This document shows, one piece after another, positions 9,372 through 15,852 of a DNA stretch of 29,259 bases. The notes beneath the pieces are model-generated. The model had not been told where the DNA came from, did not search any database, and was given only the letters and a program-made list of their open reading frames with translations. The translations under genes and the position numbers were made by a program. The stretch comes from a virus (lineage: Duplodnaviria; Caudoviricetes). The first letter of the stretch is position 1; each line of letters opens with the position of its first letter. Where the stretch lies: IMG/VR virus record IMGVR_UViG_3300048557_000187, positions 1-29,259 of that record. One strand, 5' to 3'.

Positions 9372-9458
9372 AAAATAATTTAAAAATTTATTTGGATGGT
9401 ATTGTAGAAACCCTTATCATTCTTATGAATTAAAAAACGATAACAAAACTACAGAAAA
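9370..9458 (+). promoter_or_regulatory. Promoter plus conserved leader (copy 3)
   Basis: Near-identical to 8803-8880 at both ends. TTTG-N20-TATCATTC. Confidence 0.75.
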
Positions 9459-9713
9459 ATGAAAACTATTTATAAAATCGAATATTTAAACACAGAAGAT
9501 AATACTAGAGCCTACGACGAATATTTCTCTTCGTTAAAAAAAGCTAAAGACAGTTTAGAATTTTTTGCCTCGGCAAGAGGTATAGATGTTTCCTTCAACA
9601 ATATAAGCAAGTCTATTATTCGCGTAGCAGACGAAAAAGGTGAAAGTTTAAACACTTATTATAAAGACATCGTTGCTTACCCTGGATGGATACAAAGACT
9701 TGAGTTAAACTAA
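9459..9713 (+). CDS. Hypothetical protein (island 2)
   Basis: 84-aa ORF behind the conserved leader. Confidence 0.75.
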   Translation: MKTIYKIEYLNTEDNTRAYDEYFSSLKKAKDSLEFFASARGIDVSFNNISKSIIRVADEKGESLNTYYKDIVAYPGWIQRLELN

Positions 9714-9723
9714 ACAATAACAA

Positions 9724-9741
9724 GGGCTACTTCGGTAGCCC
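9724..9741 (+). other. cUUCGg tetraloop hairpin within leader copy 4
   Basis: GGGCTAC-TTCG-GTAGCCC, no U-tract. Confidence 0.8.
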
Positions 9742-9758
9742 ACTAAAACTACAGAACA

Positions 9759-10001
9759 ATGACAAAGCAAGAATTAATTAACGGACAAGAATTCGAATTT
9801 GATAACGAATCATTTTGTGAAAGACATCAAGTAGATGATGTTCATGCAGGTTGGATTATGTTTCAACCAAGAACCCAACATTTTTTAATTTGGTTTAATG
9901 GCACAATAATCTTTTCTTCTAAATCGCTTTCGGTTACAAAGAAAAGACTTGACAAGCTTTTTACTAAATGGAGCTTGGAATTTATCGAATCAGAAATATA
10001 A
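9759..10001 (+). CDS. Hypothetical protein (island 2)
   Basis: 80-aa ORF after AAAACTACAGAACA. Confidence 0.75.
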   Translation: MTKQELINGQEFEFDNESFCERHQVDDVHAGWIMFQPRTQHFLIWFNGTIIFSSKSLSVTKKRLDKLFTKWSLEFIESEI

Positions 10002-10021
10002 ATAACAAAACACAGATAACA

Positions 10022-10228
10022 ATGACTGGAAAACTTAGAACTATAGAATGCAAAGACTGGAAAGATGAAACCATTACTTACTATGAAATGGATTTAAAAT
10101 TCCAACACGCCTACCATAACTTTACCTACTTCAGTTTAGAAGGGGAAAGCATGATTGGATTCACGGACCGTATTAGATACGAAGTACGTAAGATGTATGG
10201 TTCAGAACTCACATGGGTAGAAGAATGA
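10022..10228 (+). CDS. Hypothetical protein (island 2)
   Basis: Start refined to ATG 10022, after a degenerate leader ATAACAAAACACAGATAACA. Confidence 0.7.
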   Translation: MTGKLRTIECKDWKDETITYYEMDLKFQHAYHNFTYFSLEGESMIGFTDRIRYEVRKMYGSELTWVEE

Positions 10229-10404
10229 AATGCGAATGTTCAGACGAAGAACTAGAGATACAAGATTTAGAAATCGAAGATAATAGCTTTAGCCATGCCT
10301 TCGGTACTGAATACGACTATGAAGTCGTTTGCCCTAACTGTCAAGCGCCTATGGGCGAATTTGCAAGCCCAGAACAAGTAATAGAAGCTAAACAAGGATA
10401 TTAA
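10225..10404 (+). CDS. Small acidic zinc-ribbon-like protein
   Basis: CEC...CPNC, very acidic. ATGA overlap with the previous gene. Confidence 0.7.
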   Translation: MKCECSDEELEIQDLEIEDNSFSHAFGTEYDYEVVCPNCQAPMGEFASPEQVIEAKQGY

Positions 10405-10405
10405 T

Positions 10406-10594
10406 ATGAAAGCACAAAAAGAAGAACAAGAAATATGGGAATGGCTACAAAATAAGCACGTTCCAGACTTAGCAAGAAAAACTGGACTAGGCACAACGCC
10501 CATTTATTATTTTAAAAATGGTAAGGCTAAAAATGCTAGCTTCCAGTTAATACGTTCACTTCAACTAATAAAGGAAAAAGAATGTACACCTTAG
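10406..10594 (+). CDS. Small Cro/XRE-like helix-turn-helix protein
   Basis: 'DLARKTGLGTTPIYYFKNG' HTH signature. Confidence 0.75.
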   Translation: MKAQKEEQEIWEWLQNKHVPDLARKTGLGTTPIYYFKNGKAKNASFQLIRSLQLIKEKECTP

Positions 10595-10902
10595 CACTAG
10601 ATGCCTTTAAACGATTTGAACAATGCGTTACTGGTGAACTAGAAGATAACCACTTAGGACTGATTGCAGAATTTTGTGATAAGATGAACATAGGCTATGA
10701 TACTTTGTTTATGAAAAGTAGAAAGCCTAAGTTTGTTAATTATCGTTCACTATTTTTTAACTGGGTAAACTTAAGTCATATAGAGCTTGCACGGTTGTTT
10801 AATATGCACCATAGCAGTATTATGCACTTAAGGCAAGACCATGCTAACAGATTGAAGTACGATAATCAGTATAAAGATTTACACAAAAGATTGACGATTT
10901 AG
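10582..10902 (+). CDS. DnaA domain IV-like (TrpR-like HTH) DNA-binding protein
   Basis: 'KSRK..FV..R...LS..ELARLFNMHHSSIMH' resembles DnaA 'SR...R...IG..F.RDHTTV.H'. Confidence 0.7.
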   Translation: MYTLALDAFKRFEQCVTGELEDNHLGLIAEFCDKMNIGYDTLFMKSRKPKFVNYRSLFFNWVNLSHIELARLFNMHHSSIMHLRQDHANRLKYDNQYKDLHKRLTI

Positions 10903-10926
10903 TAGAATCATACATTCTGTAGATAT

Positions 10927-10959
10927 GCCACTTGGTGTGAAAGTCAAGTGGTTTTTTTT
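10927..10959 (+). terminator. Rho-independent terminator closing island 2
   Basis: GCCACTTGG...TCAAGTGGT stem followed by a T-run. Confidence 0.8.
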
Positions 10960-11016
10960 GGTTATTTCAATAGTTGTAAATATTTGTTAATTTAACTGCA
11001 ACTTAAAAAGTAAATT

Positions 11017-12411
11017 ATGGCTCTATCTGACCTTCTACCTTTTGCTAGGACAAAAGCACCCAACACCAACTTGGTGAATGAATTAAACAGACAGTTATTT
11101 AGATTTCATAGGGGTATGCCCATTAGTTTGGATGATACCCAAAACGCCTATGTAGAAGATGGGTATGAACTAAATCCCGATGTCTATAGCGTTGTTAATG
11201 GAATCACGAAAGCGGCATCAGCCGTGCCACCCGTAGTTCAAATTGTAAAGAACGAAGCAAAAGCACTTAAGTATAAAAAGCTTGCTTCTACAAATCGTGA
11301 TAAGGCAAAGCAATCAACGATTGACAACCTTCTTGAACTTAAGAACGAAGCATTTGATGAAGTGAATGATGAAAAAGACCCACTTTATAAGTTAATGACT
11401 CGACCAAATCCATTACAAGGTTATCCCGAATGGTATGAAAACATGAAGGGCTTTCAGCTTATAACGGGCAACGCATATACACATTATGTGCAGTTAGGTG
11501 ATGGTACAGTTGGTGAGATGTGGGTAATGCCTTCACAGTTTACAAAGATAGTAGCAGACCCTACTTATGAAAGTCTTATTAAAGGGTACATCATTGATAT
11601 GTACGGGCAAGACGGGCATCAGCTACCTGCTGAAACTGTTGTACATTGGAAGTACTGGAATCCTGACTATGATTCAGTTGGTTCACATCTTTATGGCATG
11701 AGTCCACTAAAGGCGGCAAGGCGTTCTATACGATTGGGTAACGATGGTGATATGGCTTTAAGTAAAGCCTTAAAAAATGGTGGTGCTAGTGGGGTGGTTT
11801 ATCCTACCGACCCAGACTTAGAGCAGTTGACACCAATGCAACGTAGTCAGCTAGAAAACTACTTACGTGATATGCAAGGACCAAGTAATTATAAATCTTG
11901 GCTAGTGTCTAGTGTTAAATTAGGCTTTGAAAAGTTTGGCATACCACCAGTTGATTTAGAAATCATTGAAGCAGGTAAGATGACCCAAAGGGATATATGT
12001 AATGTTTTTAATTTCCCTAGTGAATTATTGAATGACCCAGACAACAAGACTAACGCAAACAAAGAGCAATCACGAAAGCAGTTGTACATGGATAATGTAA
12101 TCCCAGAACTTACACGGGATTATTCAGAATTGAATCGTTCTTTAGTTCCGTTATTTAATGAAGCAACTGGTAAGAAATACCATTTAGATTTTGATGTACA
12201 AGCTATTGATGCGTTGAATAAAGACAATAGCGAAAAGGTTGACTGGCTAAGTAAAGCTTGGTGGCTAACTGCCGATGAAAAGCGTATCGAAATGGGCTAT
12301 CAACCAGTTGGGGATAATAACAGATACATACCAATGAATCTTATACCCGATGCGACTACTGAACTAACCGATGATGATATTAAAATGTTAAAGAATGAAT
12401 ACGGGTCTTAA
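11017..12411 (+). CDS. Portal protein (HK97 family)
   Basis: 'L..PNP', 'GNAY', 'GMSPL.AA', 'IC.VF.FP', 'T.DE.R'. Confidence 0.95.
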   Translation: MALSDLLPFARTKAPNTNLVNELNRQLFRFHRGMPISLDDTQNAYVEDGYELNPDVYSVVNGITKAASAVPPVVQIVKNEAKALKYKKLASTNRDKAKQSTIDNLLELKNEAFDEVNDEKDPLYKLMTRPNPLQGYPEWYENMKGFQLITGNAYTHYVQLGDGTVGEMWVMPSQFTKIVADPTYESLIKGYIIDMYGQDGHQLPAETVVHWKYWNPDYDSVGSHLYGMSPLKAARRSIRLGNDGDMALSKALKNGGASGVVYPTDPDLEQLTPMQRSQLENYLRDMQGPSNYKSWLVSSVKLGFEKFGIPPVDLEIIEAGKMTQRDICNVFNFPSELLNDPDNKTNANKEQSRKQLYMDNVIPELTRDYSELNRSLVPLFNEATGKKYHLDFDVQAIDALNKDNSEKVDWLSKAWWLTADEKRIEMGYQPVGDNNRYIPMNLIPDATTELTDDDIKMLKNEYGS

Positions 12412-12766
12412 ATATTTTTCACAATCAGATTTTGATAAATGCAATCCACCTTGCAAGCTAGAAGAAATGGATGAAAAATTCATGAAGAAGCTAGATATTG
12501 CAAGGCAGATAGCTAAGATACCATTTATACCGACATCGGGCTTTAGAAGGGAAATTTGGGAGCAAGAGCAAGGCAGGGATGGAACAAGTAGCCACACAAA
12601 AGGCTTGGCAATAGATTTAAAGGCTCAAGATAGTCTTACTAGATATAAAATAATAAATTCCTTACTTTCTGTTGGTTTGAACCGTATCGGTATTGGTAAG
12701 AATTTTATTCATGTTGATATGGATAAAGATAAAGCATCAAACGTAATTTGGCACTATTATGACTGA
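12395..12766 (+). CDS. Endolysin, peptidase M15A family
   Basis: 'SGFR', 'SSH..GLAID', 'FIHVD' zinc-peptidase motifs. Confidence 0.9.
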   Translation: MNTGLKYFSQSDFDKCNPPCKLEEMDEKFMKKLDIARQIAKIPFIPTSGFRREIWEQEQGRDGTSSHTKGLAIDLKAQDSLTRYKIINSLLSVGLNRIGIGKNFIHVDMDKDKASNVIWHYYD

Positions 12767-13025
12767 CCAAGAATTTAAAGATTTAAAATTTAAAGTAAAT
12801 AACCTAGAGGCTATGATTGAGTTACTTGCTAAAGATATTCAAGATATTAAAGAAGCCTTATTGGGTAACGAGTTCGGTCAGGAAGGGCTTGTAAAAAAAG
12901 TAACAAATAACGAAAAGCAAATAGCTGAACTGGTTAAGTTCAAACAAAAGATTATTGCTTGGGCAACGGGTGCAGGCTTGGGGTCAAGTGCTTTATTCAA
13001 TGCTATATCGGAGATGATGAAATGA
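12759..13025 (+). CDS. Coiled-coil protein with C-terminal hydrophobic segment (holin-like)
   Basis: Follows the endolysin. Coiled coil plus a hydrophobic end. Confidence 0.55.
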   Translation: MTDQEFKDLKFKVNNLEAMIELLAKDIQDIKEALLGNEFGQEGLVKKVTNNEKQIAELVKFKQKIIAWATGAGLGSSALFNAISEMMK

Positions 13026-13330
13026 AAAAACTAAAAGACAGAAAAATTGTACGTATCATATCAGAAATTGCCGAAGGAAAAAACAAAGCCGGACAAGTGT
13101 TGCACGGCGCACTCGACATCTTGCCATTGCCAAACCAATTCATCGGCAAAGCACTTAAGGCAATCGTTGCAGGAGAGTGGAATCAAACTAAAAGCGAACT
13201 TCTTGAAGCGTTTACGCTCCGTAATATTGTAGCTATAGGTCTTACAACTGCACTTATTATGGGTTGGCTTAGTGCTGATGATGTAGAAAAATTCAGCCAA
13301 GTATTACAAGAACTTCTTAATGGATTATGA
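13022..13330 (+). CDS. Membrane-associated protein (holin-like)
   Basis: Start refined to ATG 13022 (ATGA overlap). Hydrophobic 'IVAIGLTTALIMGWL'. Confidence 0.55.
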   Translation: MKKLKDRKIVRIISEIAEGKNKAGQVLHGALDILPLPNQFIGKALKAIVAGEWNQTKSELLEAFTLRNIVAIGLTTALIMGWLSADDVEKFSQVLQELLNGL

Positions 13331-13349
13331 CCTTTATTTTGTTATCTAT

Positions 13350-13381
13350 ACCCTAGGCTCTGAAAAGGTCTAGGGTTTTTT
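13350..13381 (+). terminator. Rho-independent terminator after the lysis cassette
   Basis: ACCCTAGG...TCTAGGGT stem followed by a T-run. Confidence 0.75.
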
Positions 13382-13385
13382 ATTT

Positions 13386-14201
13386 ATGCCAATACCTAAA
13401 ACAAATATCGAAGCCCATAAAAAGTACATGACATGGAAGGCTTACGATAACAAGATAAAATCTTTTGAAAAATACGCAGAAAGAATTTTTTATCGGGCGC
13501 TTCGTAACCAGTTGAAACAATATTTAGATGAAGTAAAAAAACGTGATAAGATAGATATTGATTTAGAAGGCATTATTACCGTAGAACCTATGCTTGATGC
13601 TTACAAAAAAGTATATACACGGGTGATGAAAGTGTTTGGTCAAGAAACGCTTGCTAATCTAAAGGAATCAATGAAGAAAGAAGTAAGTGTTGATTGGGAT
13701 GTTTTAATCGCACAATGGCTTGCAGGGAATGAAGTTTTAAACCCTTCAGATACTACCAGTAAGATTGTAATGGTAACAGAATCAACTAAAAGGGGTGTGC
13801 GTAAAGCAGTTGAAGTAGCATTAAAAGAAGGAACAAGCGTACAAAGATTTGCAAAGGAATTAAGCTATATGCCAGACTTCAGCTATAGAAGGGGGGTATT
13901 GATAGCACGTACAGAATTAGTGTCAGCTTCAAACGCAGGTTCTGTTTTAGGCGCACAAGCTTCAGGTGTTCCCACAAGAAAGGTATGGTTATCAACTCAA
14001 GATGATAGGGTACGTGATACGCATTTAGCAGTTGATGGTCAAACGGTTGTAAACTTAGAATCAACTTTTGAAGTACCTAATATTGAAGGGTTTACAGATA
14101 AAATGCAATATCCTGGCGATTCTTCACTAGGTGCTTTACCAAGTAATACAATCAACTGCCGTTGTACTGTTATCTACGAACCCTATGACGATAATATTTA
14201 G
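13386..14201 (+). CDS. Head morphogenesis protein (Mu gpF / SPP1 gp7-like)
   Basis: 'IARTE', 'W....D.RVR.TH', 'YPGD', 'INCRC'. Confidence 0.92.
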   Translation: MPIPKTNIEAHKKYMTWKAYDNKIKSFEKYAERIFYRALRNQLKQYLDEVKKRDKIDIDLEGIITVEPMLDAYKKVYTRVMKVFGQETLANLKESMKKEVSVDWDVLIAQWLAGNEVLNPSDTTSKIVMVTESTKRGVRKAVEVALKEGTSVQRFAKELSYMPDFSYRRGVLIARTELVSASNAGSVLGAQASGVPTRKVWLSTQDDRVRDTHLAVDGQTVVNLESTFEVPNIEGFTDKMQYPGDSSLGALPSNTINCRCTVIYEPYDDNI

Positions 14202-14829
14202 CTACAATAGACCAGAATTACTTAATAAAGTAATAGGGCAATGCCCAGAAAAGCCTATAGTTATAGACGATGGTAGTGATTTTGACCCTATGCCCTTCGT
14301 GGGTACGTGCGAGTTTCACAGACTAGAACACAAAGGCAAAGAACAATACTTTCTTAACTGGCAATATGCTTTTGAAATATGCAAGCAGTCTGATGATGAT
14401 TTTTTTTTATTCTTGCCAGATGACTTTTTACAAATAGACTTTGACACGATTCATAAATTGCATTCACAAATTAAAGGCAAATACGCTTATAATCTTTTGA
14501 ATGATGGCAGACCTAAAATCTGGACCTATATAGAACACAAAGAAGTGAACGTAAAAGGTGTTGATTCTATTCAAGTTAGTTATTGTGATGGTGGTTATTT
14601 TACAAATAGACAAACACTAGAAGCAATAAATTTTGAACAAGATTTTATTACATCAAGTAGATTTGGTAGGTCAAAGATTTCATCGGGTGTTGGTGAAAGT
14701 CAAAGCCGTAAATTTTGGAAGCTTGGCATTCCTATGTACATACCTAAAAAATCATTATGTTATCACGGGGAACATGAAAGCATGATGCACCCAGAACTAA
14801 GAAAAGAACAACCACTTATAAGCCAATGA
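14185..14829 (+). CDS. GT-A fold (GT2-like) glycosyltransferase
   Basis: 'IIFSYNRP..L', 'IVIDDGS', 'FLFLPDD', late 'H.G'. Start refined to ATG 14185. Confidence 0.82.
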   Translation: MTIIFSYNRPELLNKVIGQCPEKPIVIDDGSDFDPMPFVGTCEFHRLEHKGKEQYFLNWQYAFEICKQSDDDFFLFLPDDFLQIDFDTIHKLHSQIKGKYAYNLLNDGRPKIWTYIEHKEVNVKGVDSIQVSYCDGGYFTNRQTLEAINFEQDFITSSRFGRSKISSGVGESQSRKFWKLGIPMYIPKKSLCYHGEHESMMHPELRKEQPLISQ

Positions 14830-14999
14830 ACAAACTAGGAATAGTAGCAGGTCTTTTGTGTTTTATCTATGCCTTCATCTATGATTACCATATAGGTATT
14901 ATATTATTACTTTATTTTGTAGCTAGTAAAACTGATGTGGTCATATTGATAGATAAAAAAATAGAACTATTAGTCAGTACAATTAGCAAAAAGTTATAA
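14826..14999 (+). CDS. 57-aa membrane protein (MNKLGIVAGLLCFIYAFIYDYHIGIILLLYFVAS...)
   Basis: Read manually. ATGA overlap with the first GT, ends 3 nt before the second GT, two hydrophobic stretches. Confidence 0.7.
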   Translation: MNKLGIVAGLLCFIYAFIYDYHIGIILLLYFVASKTDVVILIDKKIELLVSTISKKL

Positions 15000-15002
15000 C
15001 CA

Positions 15003-15674
15003 TTGGTCATTACAGCCAACTTAGCAACGATAGAAGCCCGTAAAGACAGCTTACAAGAAGTAGTTGATTCGTTACGATTTCAAGTTGATAAGGTTCGTGT
15101 TTATGGTAACGATTACCAACCAGAACTAGAAGGCGATAATGTAGAAGTCTATACTGGTCCAGATTACACAGATAATGCTAAGTTTTTTTGGCTACCCATA
15201 AGTAAGGGTATCTATCTTTCTTGCGATGACGATATTATCTACCCACCAGACTACGTAGAAACGATTGTCAAGGGCTTAAAGAAGTACCCTAATACTTGGG
15301 TAACATTTCATGGTAGAAGGCTTAAGGGTTTAAATTTACCCTACTATAGTGGGCATGACAGTTACCCTTGCTTGCGTACAGTTCCTTATGATTATGAAAT
15401 CCATGTAGCAGGTACGGGTGTTAGTGCTTTCCATACTGATACAATAAAGTTTGACCCACTTACATGGAATGAATACAAGATGGCTGATATAATGGCTAGC
15501 TTAGAATTAGCGAAAAAGGGGGTAAGGGTTATTTGTTTAGCACATAAGATATTCTGGCTTAAAATAACCGAATCTTCAAAGAATCAATCTATTTTTATAA
15601 GTGAGCGAAGAAATTCAAAAAGACAAGATGAACTAGCTAATGTGATTTATGAACTTGTTTCCAGAAACAAATAG
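15003..15674 (+). CDS. GT-A fold glycosyltransferase
   Basis: 'AT...R..SL..VV.SL..QVD', 'CDDDIIYPPDYV' DxD motif, 'GTG', 'AD'. TTG start. Confidence 0.82.
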   Translation: MVITANLATIEARKDSLQEVVDSLRFQVDKVRVYGNDYQPELEGDNVEVYTGPDYTDNAKFFWLPISKGIYLSCDDDIIYPPDYVETIVKGLKKYPNTWVTFHGRRLKGLNLPYYSGHDSYPCLRTVPYDYEIHVAGTGVSAFHTDTIKFDPLTWNEYKMADIMASLELAKKGVRVICLAHKIFWLKITESSKNQSIFISERRNSKRQDELANVIYELVSRNK

Positions 15675-15762
15675 CAAACATTAGCAAAGCTTGAATATCA
15701 GCTTTATCTACTGCCCAATTATTATCTAATTGTTCTTGCACTCTATCTATTAGTTTTTGCAT
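15637..15762 (-). CDS. 41-aa antisense hypothetical protein (MQKLIDRVQEQLDNNWAVDKADIQALLMFAICFWKQVHKSH)
   Basis: Fills the gap after the second GT. A/T skew is locally inverted and the leader is A/T-rich. Confidence 0.45.
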   Translation of the reverse strand: MQKLIDRVQEQLDNNWAVDKADIQALLMFAICFWKQVHKSH

Positions 15763-15802
15763 TACTTTAAAAATTAAAGGTTTACACAATGTAAGATACG
15801 GA

Positions 15803-15835
15803 ATTGTTAAATGGTGTAAAAAATTTGTATTTTTG
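15803..15835 (+). promoter_or_regulatory. Bacteroidota-type promoter for protease/capsid
   Basis: ATTG-N21-TATTTTTG, 17 nt before ATG 15853. Confidence 0.55.
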
Positions 15836-15852
15836 TACCAAACCATTTTTGT

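Noticed and set aside
8803-10021. Leader repeats as a CRISPR array or integron attC sites
   Set aside because: Spacing is gene-sized and irregular. The repeats are non-palindromic promoter/leader sequences, with no cas or integrase gene.
14131-14184. Upstream starts given by the ORF track (also 3356, 9968, 10213, 12959, 18636)
   Set aside because: They overlap upstream genes or RNA structure. Downstream ATGs fit the translational coupling pattern better.
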